NCBI GenBank assembly: GCA_963842945.1
Contig: CAWJIM010000016.1
Coordinates: 64,001 to 128,000, forward strand
Reading direction: 5' to 3'
Source of the DNA: an uncultured Gemmatimonadales bacterium
Lineage (GTDB): Bacteria > Gemmatimonadota > Gemmatimonadetes > Gemmatimonadales > GWC2-71-9
DNA: 64,000 nucleotides
Position 1 is the stretch's first letter. Every line of letters begins with the position of its first letter. The position numbers and the translations under genes are program-made. The notes under the pieces are model-generated. The model searched no databases and was not told the DNA's origin. It saw only the letters and a program-made list of their open reading frames with translations. Shown in pieces: positions 31,004 through 42,387 of the stretch.

Positions 31004-31703
31004 TGCGTCCCTGGGGGGAGAGAAGATCATCCACCAGGTCTGGTATCGAAGAGGTCACCCGGCAGTCGAGCTCGGTCATATGCTCATGGCTTGCCAGCAG
31101 CACGGCTTCCAGACCCGCCGCTCTGGCTCCCAGCACATCGATTTCGTAGAGATCGCCCACATACAGCGCCTCCTCTGGTGCGACGCCGAGGGCCTCCAAC
31201 GCCGCGTGGAAGATACGCGGATCGGGCTTCTCCACACCTAGGAGCGCGGAATCGATCACCACGTCGAAGTAGTGGCGAACGCCGGCGGCGGCGAGGGCCT
31301 GCTCCACTCTGCCGTCGCTGTTGGACACCACACCGAGCTTGAGACCGGCCTGACGTAACCGGGCCAGCGACTCGGCAGAACGGTCGGCGAGCACCGACCA
31401 AAGGTGACGCTCGCTGTGCATGCGGCTGAGGCAGTCGCGCACCTGGTCGAGGGATTCAGGCGGAACCCCGCTGAGCAGGAACAGAGACTCGAGGTAGGCT
31501 GCGGCCCGGTGATGGTCGCCGCCGCTGGCGGACTCCATGGCCTGGGTAGCGGCGGCGCGGTGCCGGGCCAAGCCCTCCCCCGTCAGCGGCAGCCCGACGG
31601 CAGCGCCGACCTCTTCGGCCAGGCGTGCGTAGTCGAGAAAGACCAGGGTATTCCCCGCGTCGAACAGTACCGCGCGGAGTCCCGCTCCCGGCCGCTTGCT
31701 CAA
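30993..31703 (-). CDS. HAD-family hydrolase
   Basis: [17 protein letters not shown] and VGD...DV.GA. Confidence 0.9.
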   Translation of the reverse strand: MSKRPGAGLRAVLFDAGNTLVFLDYARLAEEVGAAVGLPLTGEGLARHRAAATQAMESASGGDHHRAAAYLESLFLLSGVPPESLDQVRDCLSRMHSERHLWSVLADRSAESLARLRQAGLKLGVVSNSDGRVEQALAAAGVRHYFDVVIDSALLGVEKPDPRIFHAALEALGVAPEEALYVGDLYEIDVLGARAAGLEAVLLASHEHMTELDCRVTSSIPDLVDDLLSPQGRNGS

Positions 31704-32853
31704 CGAAAGCGGAGCAGCCCGCCCAAACCGTCGATCGCTACGCGGGCCTCGGGCTCGTAAACCACGTTGACGTCCACTCCCTGCCGGAGCGCCTCTTCGA
31801 TCGCGTCGTCCACCACGTCCAGAACCGGAATGGGCTCGCCTTCACCGCGGCACTCCCGCTCGGCGAACGCCAGACGGCCCGAATCCCCACAGCGGAAGCC
31901 CGGCTGACTTGCGTCGGCGTCCACCAGGAGAGAACGAATCTGGCCGCGCGACAGCGCGCGAAGCGTCGGCGTAAGGCCGTTCACCCCCCAGCCGGTTCCC
32001 ACTCCTTCGAGCATCTCGTGCACCAACGTCCGCTCCGACGCACGCTCATACTCCTCGCGTACTGCCAGCGTAGTGTCGTGTACGGCCGACAGCGTCAGGT
32101 TTTTAGGGTTGAGCCGGGCGGTGCCGATCAGCCGCTCGGCGAGATAGGTATGAAGAAACGGCTTCACCGCTCCGGCTTCGGGGCCGGGTCCGGCCAGCAC
32201 GATGCCGTGGGCCGGCTGGCGGCGATCGATGGTAAACAACTTGCGGGCGATGGCCTCGTAATGCCGCTGTTTCTCCTGGCGGATCCGGTTGTGGTAAGTG
32301 TGCTCACCCCAACCGCCGGAGCCGTCCTGATCGCCGTGAAACCGCTTGCCGCGGGTGCTATTGGACCGGAGTCCCGGCAGCTCCTGCGTATTGTAGGCCG
32401 TGACCTCGAAGAAGCGCGCACTCGCCCGGTCCACCACTACCGTCAGCAGCCGGCCGAACTCGTCCTCGACGGAGGCCAGCTCGCGGACCAACGGACTCCC
32501 GTCGATGGCAAGGCGAGACCGGTGAACCACGGGTAAAGGCACCGCCTCAAACAGCTCGATTCCTTCGCAGGCGAACACCGCAACCCCTTGAGTTGACGGG
32601 AGATTCCCCTGCGTCCTGAGAAACTGCTGGATTCGGTCCAAGTCGCGCAGTACCGGTTCAGATATGTCGCGCTCCAAGCCCAGTCGGGGCAGCCCCAGCA
32701 CCGCAGCCTTGACCCGGTTCTTCAGCTTGATCAGGTACTTTCCGCGGCTCCGGTCCCTCGGCTCCAGCTTCAGATAACAGCTGACGACCCGGTGGTGATC
32801 GGGCTGAATCCTGGTGAGTCGCTCCAACAGTTGACCCGGACCCCGTCCGTCAT
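31700..32853 (-). CDS. Bacterial archaeo-eukaryotic release factor (baeRF1)-family protein; indel near the start
   Basis: VVSCYL, GVAVFAC, LVRELASVEDEF, VVVDRASARFF, GIVLAG and C-terminal L7Ae-like domain ending GLGGLLRFR. Confidence 0.8.
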
Positions 32854-32939
32854 ACTCCAGCCGGGCCCCGTTTCCTCTGGAGAATTGATCGGTTCCGACC
32901 TTTTCACGCCCTTCCCGTCTTTCCCGTCTTTCCCGTCCT

Positions 32940-34648
<1,709 letters not shown>

Positions 34649-34652
<4 letters not shown>

Positions 34653-35728
34653 ATCTTCTCTCCTTGCTTCAGCTCCTCGAGCACGTCCTGGGCCAGCTCA
34701 TAGGGACTCACCTGCCCTTGCGCCACCTCGTCCAACCTCTCATTGATCAGCTGCTCCGCCCGGGTCTCCTCCCACACCCACTTCCGGGTGGCCCGGTCCA
34801 CCACTTCGCGGGTCCGCTCCAGCAATCTGCGCCGCCGCCGTTGCTCCAGCGCGCCGCTCTGCTCCAACCACTGATGATGCCGGTCCAGCGCGCCGATCAG
34901 ATCAGGCAGCCTTCATCCTTCACTGCGCTGGTCAGTATCACTGGCTGGGCCCAGGGTGCGGGAGAGTCGGGGACGTTCGGCCGCTGGCCACGATACCGGT
35001 CCGCATGACCCGACTGCCCCGCCGGCCCGCCTGCCCCCTGACCTCCGCCGCCCATGATGTGCCGGCACGTTCCGAAAGGCATTGCCCCGCCGGATCCCGA
35101 GGGTGACCTCGATTTCCTGTCGCAGCTTATCCGCCCCACTTCGATCTGCCTTATTCACCACGAAAATGTCCGCGATCTCCATCACACCGGACTTGAGTGT
35201 CTGGATGCCGTCGCCCGACTCCGGCACCAATACCAGCACGGTAGAGTCGGCCATCCGTCCCACGTCCAGCTCCGACTGACCCACGCCCACGGTCTCCACC
35301 AAAATGCGGTCGAACCCGGCCGCATCGAGCAGGTCGCAGACCTCGCGCGTGGTGGTTGCGAGCCCCCCGAGCGAGCCACGGCTAGCCATCGAGCGGATGT
35401 AGACCCCCTGATCGAGCGCGATGGATTCCATGCGAATCCGGTCACCCAGGAGGGCGCCACCGGTGAACGGACTGGTCGGATCGACCGCTACGACGGCCAC
35501 CTTGAGCCCGGCCGAGCGATACTGCGCCACCAGGCGTTCGACCAGCGTAGATTTGCCGGCGCCGGGGGGACCGGTGACCCCGATGCGACGAGCCCGGCCG
35601 AGCGATCGGTGAACTTCACCGAGGAGACGCTCGAAGCCGGGCCTTGTGTTCTCGACCACCGAGATCGCCCGAGCCAGTGCGGCAGTCTTGCCCGCCACCA
35701 GCTCGGCGATAAGAAGGTCGAGATCCAT
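34649..35728 (-). CDS. meaB: MeaB/ArgK GTPase chaperone of the mutase; frameshifted C-terminus
   Basis: [37 protein letters not shown] and NKAD. Confidence 0.93.
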
Positions 35729-35822
35729 GCTGAAAGGTCGCCACAGGCACGGGGTCAGGCAAGTTGTCGGAATGCTGCAAGATTTTACAGCGGAGGCTCT
35801 GCGGCGGAGTAAATTCGACAGC

Positions 35823-36566
35823 ATGACTGGGAGCTTGCCGCAGAAAGTGGAGACGAGCACAGTGCTCGGGGAGCAGCTCGACTACTATCGGGCACGCGCG
35901 GCTGAGTACGACCAGTGGTGGCTCAGGCAAGGGCGATACGACCGTGGCCCTGCCCTGACGGCGCAGTGGTTTGCCGAAGCTCCGGAGGTGCAGGCGGCGC
36001 TGGTCGCCTTTCGGCCCGCAGGGCGCATCCTGGAGCTGGCCTGTGGCACCGGCATCTGGACCGAGCAGCTGCTGCCCTTTGCCACTGAGCTGACCGCCGT
36101 TGACGGATCCCGGGAGATGCTGGCGATCAATGCCGTGCGACTCGGCTCACCCATGGTGCGATACGTCGAGGCCGATCTGTTCCGCTGGCGCCCGGCGGCG
36201 AAGGAGCGCTACGATACCATCTTCTTCGGGTTCTGGCTCTCCCACGTGCCTCCGGAGCGGTTCGCCCAGTTCTGGACTCTCGTCGCTTCCTGCCTGGCCC
36301 CCGGAGGTCGAGTCTTCTTCGTGGACTCTCGCTACCACGAGACCTCAACAGCGGTGGACCACATCCTGCCCGATCGCTCCGCAACTGTGCTGCAGCGGCG
36401 GCTCAACGACGGACGGGAATTCCGGGTCTATAAGGTTTTCTACGAGCGAGACGAGCTCACCCGGCACCTTATGGAATTGGGGTGGACCTTCGAGATCGAG
36501 GAGACCACGAACTATTTCATGTACGGCGCGGGATGCCGTATGAGCCGGGAATCTGGGAATGGCTGA
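35823..36566 (+). CDS. Class I SAM-dependent methyltransferase
   Basis: LELACGTG, VDGS and FGFWLSHVP. Confidence 0.88.
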   Translation: MTGSLPQKVETSTVLGEQLDYYRARAAEYDQWWLRQGRYDRGPALTAQWFAEAPEVQAALVAFRPAGRILELACGTGIWTEQLLPFATELTAVDGSREMLAINAVRLGSPMVRYVEADLFRWRPAAKERYDTIFFGFWLSHVPPERFAQFWTLVASCLAPGGRVFFVDSRYHETSTAVDHILPDRSATVLQRRLNDGREFRVYKVFYERDELTRHLMELGWTFEIEETTNYFMYGAGCRMSRESGNG

Positions 36567-36922
36567 ACCGCTGCCCGACCCAAGAGTCTATTTCGCGGCG
36601 GAGCGCACCATGCTGGCCTGGCTCCGCACCGGGATCGGCATCATGGCCTTCGGCTTCGTCGTGGCGCGGTTCGGGTTGTTCCTCCGGCTGCTCCGAGAGT
36701 ACGGGCGGAACCGCGACGCACGGGATCTCGCCCTATCTGGGCGCCGCCCTGGTAGGAATCGGCGTGGTTACTACCGCTGCCGGCGCCATCCAGTATCGCC
36801 GCTTCTGTCGCACCCTGCCTCCCGACGCCACACCGAGTACGGCCAACCCCGCCTTTCTCCTGAGCGTGAGTTGGGGTCTGGTGCTGATCGGCGTGGTGTT
36901 GGGCCTGGTGTTGATTCTGTGA
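36559..36922 (+). CDS. DUF202/YidH membrane protein; frameshifted
   Basis: DPRVYFAAERTMLAWLRT. Confidence 0.85.
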
Positions 36923-37036
36923 GTGTCAGCACCGGTTTCCGCGATTTTGTTCTGGGGCAGCTCGGCCGGGTGGCCGGCGGCATTCGGGGACGCAGCATGT
37001 TCGGCGGGGTGGGGATCTACAGCGGCGATCGGTTCC
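36919..37036 (+). pseudogene. TfoX/Sxy N-terminal domain fragment
   Basis: VSVSTGFRDFVLGQL...RSMFGGVGIYSGDRF, after which similarity ends. Confidence 0.65.
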
Positions 37037-37071
37037 CCCTCGCCGTTGATCCAACCAGCCTCGGAGTCTGC

Positions 37072-38139
37072 ATGCGTGTCATGATTGCCCTCCTGCTCGG
37101 GCTCACACTCCCAGGTCCGACCACCGCCCAGGTGGCCGAGCAGCCTGATACAAGCATTGATGCTGCGACTCGCAATCGGGTTATCGAAGGGGTCTTGCAA
37201 CGGCTCAATGAAGGGTACGTATTCCCCGACAAGGCGGCAGAGATGGCGCGGGCAATACGGGCACAGGTGAAGCGCGGCGCCTACAATCATCTAGCCAGCG
37301 CTCGGGGCTTCGCCGATACGCTCACCCGAGACCTTCGGGCGGTGAGCCATGACCTGCATCTCGAGGTCGTCTACCAGCGCGAAGTGCGCGACGAGGTGCC
37401 CGACGCGGAGCCCTCGCCCGCGGAACGGCGGGAGCGCGCCGCTTTTGGCCGGCGAGTCAACTTCGGCCTGGAGCGGGTCGAACGGATGAGCGGCAACGTT
37501 GGCTATCTGGAGATTCGCAGCTTCAATTTTGACGCGGCGGACGTCGACTCGACCCTCACCGCCGCAATGAACTTCCTGGCTCACACCGATGCACTGATCG
37601 TGGACGTCCGCCGCAATGGCGGCGGTGAGCCGGCCATGGTGGCCGCGGTCTGCAGTTATCTCATGCCAGCCAATACGCTGATCAACAAGTTTTACTGGCG
37701 ACCGCAGCGCCGCTGGGATGAGTTTCGGACCGGTCCAGTCCGCGGACGACACTATGGGCTGACACGTCCCCTGTACGTGCTCACCAGCGACCAGACCTTC
37801 TCCGGCGCCGAGGAATTTGCCTACGATGTGCAGACCCAGAAGCGCGGCGAGGTGGTGGGTGACACCACGGGTGGAGGGGCTCACCCGGGCGGGCTCCGGC
37901 GCGTCACCGATCATTTCGGGGTCTGGATTCCTTCCGGACGAGCCGTGAATCCCGTCACCGGCACCAACTGGGAGGGAACTGGCGTTCGCCCGGACGTCCC
38001 GGTGCCGGCCGAGGCAGCACTTCGGACCGCGCATCTCCGCGCGCTGGAGCGCCTCATGCGGAGCGAATCGGATGAGGACCGAAAAGCGGCACTGCAGCAG
38101 ATCAGCGACCAGGTACGGGACTCGTCCCGCGTGCCGTAA
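37072..38139 (+). CDS. S41 family peptidase (IRBP-like), secreted
   Basis: GNVGYL, IVDVRRNGGG, TFSGAEEF, TGGGAHP and WEGTGV.PD. Confidence 0.9.
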   Translation: MRVMIALLLGLTLPGPTTAQVAEQPDTSIDAATRNRVIEGVLQRLNEGYVFPDKAAEMARAIRAQVKRGAYNHLASARGFADTLTRDLRAVSHDLHLEVVYQREVRDEVPDAEPSPAERRERAAFGRRVNFGLERVERMSGNVGYLEIRSFNFDAADVDSTLTAAMNFLAHTDALIVDVRRNGGGEPAMVAAVCSYLMPANTLINKFYWRPQRRWDEFRTGPVRGRHYGLTRPLYVLTSDQTFSGAEEFAYDVQTQKRGEVVGDTTGGGAHPGGLRRVTDHFGVWIPSGRAVNPVTGTNWEGTGVRPDVPVPAEAALRTAHLRALERLMRSESDEDRKAALQQISDQVRDSSRVP

Positions 38140-38179
38140 GTCAAACTTGTGCTCGAGCCGCCGTCGATTACCCTGAGGC

Positions 38180-39469
38180 ATGGCTCAACCTACGCGAATC
38201 CTCGTGCTTGGCGGCGGGTTCGGAGGAGTGGCCACCGTCCGCCGTCTCGAGCGGCTCTGCCGGGGCCGGGTCCCGGTGGACATCACGCTGGTAAGCCGGA
38301 ACAACTTCTTCGTGCTCACCCCGCTTCTGTTCGAGGCGTGTTCGGGCCGGCTGGAGCTACGGCACTGCGCCCAGCCCATCCGGCCCGCCTTGAAACGCGC
38401 CCGATTCCTGGAGGCGAGGGTGGAGGGAGTGGATGTCGAGCGGCGGCAGGTCCGGGCAGTGGCCGGCGACGGGACCGTCTACGATTTGCCCTACGATCAC
38501 CTTGTCGTCGCACTTGGCGCCGATACCAATGAGGCACTGATACCGGGCTCCGCCACCTCGCTCACCTTCAAGACCATGTCCGATGCTCTTCTGCTGCGGA
38601 ATCACCTAATCGAACAGCTCGAGCGCGCCGACGCCACCGCAGATGCAGCGAACCGGCGCCGGTGTCTCACCGTGATCATCATCGGAGGCGGTCTGGTGGG
38701 CATGGAGCTCCTGGGCGAGCTCACCGCCTTTGCCGACGACGTGCTACGCTACTATCCCCGGATTTCCCGAAACGAGCTTCGGTTTCATCTCTTCGAGGCA
38801 GGTCCGCGCACCTTGCCGGAGATCGATCACAAGCTCGCGCAGGTGGCCTCACGGGTGCTGATCAAGCGTGGCGCCGACATTCGCGTGTCCGCCCCGGTGC
38901 GCTCGATCGAGCCGGGACGAGTCCACCTTCCCGACCAGACATTCGAGGCCGCGACGGTTGTGGTCGCCACCGGTATCGTGCCCAGTGCCGCGACTTCGGC
39001 GATCCCGGTGGAGCACGATCAACGAGGAAGAATCGTGGTCGACGCCGAGATGCGGAGCCGCAGTCACCCGCAGGTATGGGCACTGGGTGACTGCGCTGCA
39101 ATCCCCGATCCACAGGGCCGGCCTTATCCGGCACTGGCGCAGCACGCCATTCGGGAGGCTCGACGCCTGGCGGAGAACGTGGCTGCGGTGCTCCAGGGCA
39201 AGAATCCGAAGCCGTTCGTCTTTCGATCGTTGGGGACGATGGCGTCGCTGGGGCATTCCCGGGCGGTGGCCCAGGTGTTTGGGATGCGGTTGAAGGGGTT
39301 TCCGGCCTGGTGGCTCCGGCGAACGTACTATCTGATGCAGATGCCGCGCTGGGATCGCCGGCTTCGCATCGTGCTCGACTGGACCGTCGCACTCTTCTTC
39401 CGACCCGACATCACCAAGGTGGACATCACCAGCGAGCGGCCACTGCCTCAACTCTCCCGGGAGACCTGA
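38180..39469 (+). CDS. NDH-2 family FAD/NAD(P) oxidoreductase
   Basis: GGGFGG, GGGLVGME, ALGDCA and AQHA. Confidence 0.9.
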   Translation: MAQPTRILVLGGGFGGVATVRRLERLCRGRVPVDITLVSRNNFFVLTPLLFEACSGRLELRHCAQPIRPALKRARFLEARVEGVDVERRQVRAVAGDGTVYDLPYDHLVVALGADTNEALIPGSATSLTFKTMSDALLLRNHLIEQLERADATADAANRRRCLTVIIIGGGLVGMELLGELTAFADDVLRYYPRISRNELRFHLFEAGPRTLPEIDHKLAQVASRVLIKRGADIRVSAPVRSIEPGRVHLPDQTFEAATVVVATGIVPSAATSAIPVEHDQRGRIVVDAEMRSRSHPQVWALGDCAAIPDPQGRPYPALAQHAIREARRLAENVAAVLQGKNPKPFVFRSLGTMASLGHSRAVAQVFGMRLKGFPAWWLRRTYYLMQMPRWDRRLRIVLDWTVALFFRPDITKVDITSERPLPQLSRET

Positions 39470-39470
39470 C

Positions 39471-40112
39471 GTGTCCAAGCTGCGCCTTCGCATTTCCCTA
39501 TCGCTGGACGGCTACGTCGCCGGCCCCCACCAGAGCGTTGACGAACCGCTGGGCCAAGGCGGGGAGGAGCTCCACCAGTGGATCTTTCCGCTGGCTGCCT
39601 GGCGAAAGCCGCATGGTCTGGAGGGCGGGAAGACCGACGAGAGCACGCCGGTGGTGGAGGAGGAGCTGAGCAACATCGGGGCGACCATCATGGGCCGAAA
39701 CATGTTCGGCGGCCACCCCGGCCCCTGGAACCCGGCTGAGCCATGGAACGGCTGGTGGGGAACCAAACCGCCGTTCCATCATCCGGTGTTCGTGCTGACC
39801 CACCACACCCGGGCTCCCCTCACTCTGGAGGGTGGGACCGTGTTCACCTTCGTCACCGAGGGCATCGAGCAGGCCTATGACCTGGCCCGGCGCGCCGCCA
39901 AGGGGAAGGACGTGGCTCTGGCGGGAGGGGCCAACATCGCCCAGCAGTATCTCAATGCCGGCCTGGTGGACGAGATGCAGCTGCACATCGCGCCCATCTT
40001 GCTGGGCTCCGGAGAGCGGCTGTTCGACGGGGTGCAGGATCTGCATGGCCTGACGCTGGTGAAGACGGTAGGCGCGCCGAACGTCACCCACCTCAAGTTC
40101 GTCCGAGCGTGA
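39471..40112 (+). CDS. Dihydrofolate reductase/RibD C-terminal family protein
   Basis: SLDGYVAG, MGRNMF, GGA..AQQ and LLGSG. Confidence 0.88.
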   Translation: MSKLRLRISLSLDGYVAGPHQSVDEPLGQGGEELHQWIFPLAAWRKPHGLEGGKTDESTPVVEEELSNIGATIMGRNMFGGHPGPWNPAEPWNGWWGTKPPFHHPVFVLTHHTRAPLTLEGGTVFTFVTEGIEQAYDLARRAAKGKDVALAGGANIAQQYLNAGLVDEMQLHIAPILLGSGERLFDGVQDLHGLTLVKTVGAPNVTHLKFVRA

Positions 40113-40639
40113 AGGCCTCCGTTTTCATCGGCATCAGCCTCGACGGCTTCATCGCTCGAGCCGACGGTGGCCTGGATTGGCTCCCGGCGGATGGCGGCGA
40201 GGAACACGGCTACGAAACCTTCATAGCGACGGTGGACGCGCTGGTCATCGGCCGGAAAACGTATGAAACGGTCCTCGCCTTCGATGCCTGGCCCTACGGC
40301 GAGAAGCCGGTCTACGTGCTGAGCAGTGGATCCCTGGAGCCTCCGCCTTCTGGCGCCAGAATGGAACAGCTCTCGGGCGACCCCCAAAGCATCGTTCGCC
40401 AGCTTGAACAACGCGGCGTCGGCCATATTTACGTGGATGGGGGGATCACCATTCAAGGTTTTCTCCGGGCCGGCCTGATTCAGCGGCTGATCATAACCCG
40501 GGTCCCTGTGCTGTTGGGGGAGGGCATTCCACTCTTTGGACCGCTGCCGCACGATGTTCGGTTGGAGCACGTCGCCACTCGGCAATACCGAACCGGCCTG
40601 GTACAAAGTGAATACCTAGTCTTGCCGTCCCCGCGCTAA
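40109..40639 (+). CDS. Dihydrofolate reductase/RibD C-terminal family protein
   Basis: SLDGFIAR, GRKTYE, YVDGG and PVLLGEGIPLF. Confidence 0.88.
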   Translation: MKASVFIGISLDGFIARADGGLDWLPADGGEEHGYETFIATVDALVIGRKTYETVLAFDAWPYGEKPVYVLSSGSLEPPPSGARMEQLSGDPQSIVRQLEQRGVGHIYVDGGITIQGFLRAGLIQRLIITRVPVLLGEGIPLFGPLPHDVRLEHVATRQYRTGLVQSEYLVLPSPR

Positions 40640-40654
40640 ATTCACACTATAGAC

Positions 40655-40817
40655 CTCGGCGGATGATCCGCGCCCAACCTCGCCGGCCCGGCCCCAGCCC
40701 GGGCCCTCGTGAGGCAAAGGGGGGCACACTCCCGGATCCGTTCTGATCGAGCCTTTGGCGAGCCACTGGCGTCGCCGCTGGGGGGCAGCGCCCGTGGCCT
40801 GACCAGAGGACCACGCC
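40655..40817 (+). promoter_or_regulatory. Candidate structured 5' leader RNA
   Basis: Several consecutive and nested stems filling the whole intergenic region. Confidence 0.5.
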
Positions 40818-41492
40818 GTGCCTACCGATAAAGACTTCAAGCGCCTGGTTCGCGGGCGCATGCGGAAAACGGGCGAATCCTACACCGCGGCCCGCGCTCA
40901 ACTCCGGAAACAAAAGCCAGTCAGTTCAGCGGCACCGCGGCCGGCACAGTATGCGGCCATCGCGGGCAAGAGCGACGCACTCATCAAGGAGAGAACCGGG
41001 TGCACCTGGGAGCGCTGGGTCAAGGCGCTCGACCGGGCCAAGGCGCACAGCTGGCCGCACCGGGATATCGCCAGGTATGTCATGGAGAAGTACAAGATCC
41101 CCGGCTGGTGGGCCCAGACGGTGACGGTGGGCTACGAGCGGATCAAAGGGTTACGCGCCGTGGGCCAGCGCCGGGACGGCACTTTCGAGGCTAATAAGAG
41201 CAAGACATTCCCGGTACCGTTGAATCGGTTGTATCAGGCGTTCGCGGATCAGCGCACCCGGGCCCGCTGGCTTTCCGGGATTGACCTGACGGTCCGCACC
41301 GCCACTCGGGACAAGTCGATGCGGATCACCTGGCCGGACCGGACGTCGCTCGAGGTCGGTTTCATGAGCAAGGGAGCAAAGAAGAGCCAGGTCGCGCTGC
41401 AACACGGGAAGCTGGCGGACCGAGAGGCGGCAGCGCGGATGAAGGAGTACTGGGCGGAGCGGCTTGCTGTGCTGGAGCAAGTCATCGGCTGA
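40818..41492 (+). CDS. Hypothetical: basic N-terminal KRLVRxRMxKTGESY module, DUF4287-like domain, SRPBCC-like domain
   Basis: GTG start with AGAGG; TGxxWxxW...GWWAQTVTVGYER; C-terminal START-like pattern. Confidence 0.75.
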   Translation: MPTDKDFKRLVRGRMRKTGESYTAARAQLRKQKPVSSAAPRPAQYAAIAGKSDALIKERTGCTWERWVKALDRAKAHSWPHRDIARYVMEKYKIPGWWAQTVTVGYERIKGLRAVGQRRDGTFEANKSKTFPVPLNRLYQAFADQRTRARWLSGIDLTVRTATRDKSMRITWPDRTSLEVGFMSKGAKKSQVALQHGKLADREAAARMKEYWAERLAVLEQVIG

Positions 41493-41508
41493 CGAGGTTC
41501 AACACGTC

Positions 41509-41543
41509 GAGATGGGGGTGGGCCAATGGCCCACCCCATCTCA
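41509..41543. terminator. Hairpin between convergent genes
   Basis: gagatgggggtgggcca-a-tggcccaccccatctc. Confidence 0.75.
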
Positions 41544-41550
41544 TCTCCTG

Positions 41551-42300
41551 CTACTTCTGCTTAATCCACGCCGGCGTGTGATACGTCAGCGGGTCGTACA
41601 GATCCGGTTGAAGCTTCACGTCGGCCTGAATGTCCCGGTACTTCTCCCGCTGTAGCTCCTTCCCGTCGACCTTGATCACGCAGGTCGGCGCGATCCATCC
41701 CTTGCCCAACGGCTGGTAGTCCTCGAAGGTGATGTCGAGAATGGCAGGCTTCTCGGTGGGCTTCTTCGGGTTCTTGTGCTCCTCGAACAGCCGCACGAAG
41801 AGCAGCCGGTCCTGCTCGATCCAGAACTGATCGGTAGCCGTGTCGCCCTTCTCCGCCCCGACGACCCACACCTTGGTCCCTCTCCAGCTGTCCTCCCGGA
41901 TCTTGCTCAGGTCCACATGAGCGGCCTTGAGCTGAGCGATCGTGGTCTGCGGTGGCTGGCCGTACACATCGAAGCCGAGGGTCATGAGGAGGTTCCGGTC
42001 CTCTCTGGCTCCCACCCGCTTGCCTCCCTTGAACACAATGGCGGAGTCGCCCAGGTACATGAACGCGTTCATGCTGTCGAGTGGCGCGATGTCTATGCGA
42101 AGTTTCCCGGGAATTTCCCCCGCCTCATACCAGGTTTCCGCGGGCCTATCAGGAAAAGTGGTAGTCTGGATGAAAGTCAGGTTGTGGTACCACTTGCCGG
42201 CGTAGCGCTCATGCATCTGGCGGACCAGCTCCTCACCGGATTTGGGCGCGGGATGGTTGCCAAGCAACACGAGGGGGACCAGCAGGGCGAACAGTCGCAC
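41551..42300 (-). CDS. Secreted hypothetical protein, possibly LolA-like fold
   Basis: Signal peptide, AGGAGG RBS, WYEAG..PGKLRID. Confidence 0.7.
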   Translation of the reverse strand: MRLFALLVPLVLLGNHPAPKSGEELVRQMHERYAGKWYHNLTFIQTTTFPDRPAETWYEAGEIPGKLRIDIAPLDSMNAFMYLGDSAIVFKGGKRVGAREDRNLLMTLGFDVYGQPPQTTIAQLKAAHVDLSKIREDSWRGTKVWVVGAEKGDTATDQFWIEQDRLLFVRLFEEHKNPKKPTEKPAILDITFEDYQPLGKGWIAPTCVIKVDGKELQREKYRDIQADVKLQPDLYDPLTYHTPAWIKQK

Positions 42301-42387
42301 GCAGCCTCCTAAGAGTTGTGTCGTTTCAAGGGCGAACAATGGCCCTACGCCGCCGGATAGTTGAGAGTTTCCGCGGGTTTGCCCACC

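Noticed and set aside
36559..38139. 526-aa DUF202-TfoX-S41 fusion
   Set aside because: Created by a frameshift in DUF202; the peptidase has its own RBS and signal peptide
40655..40810. HDV-like ribozyme
   Set aside because: CCUCGC and GGCGA are present, but I could not build the nested double pseudoknot by eye
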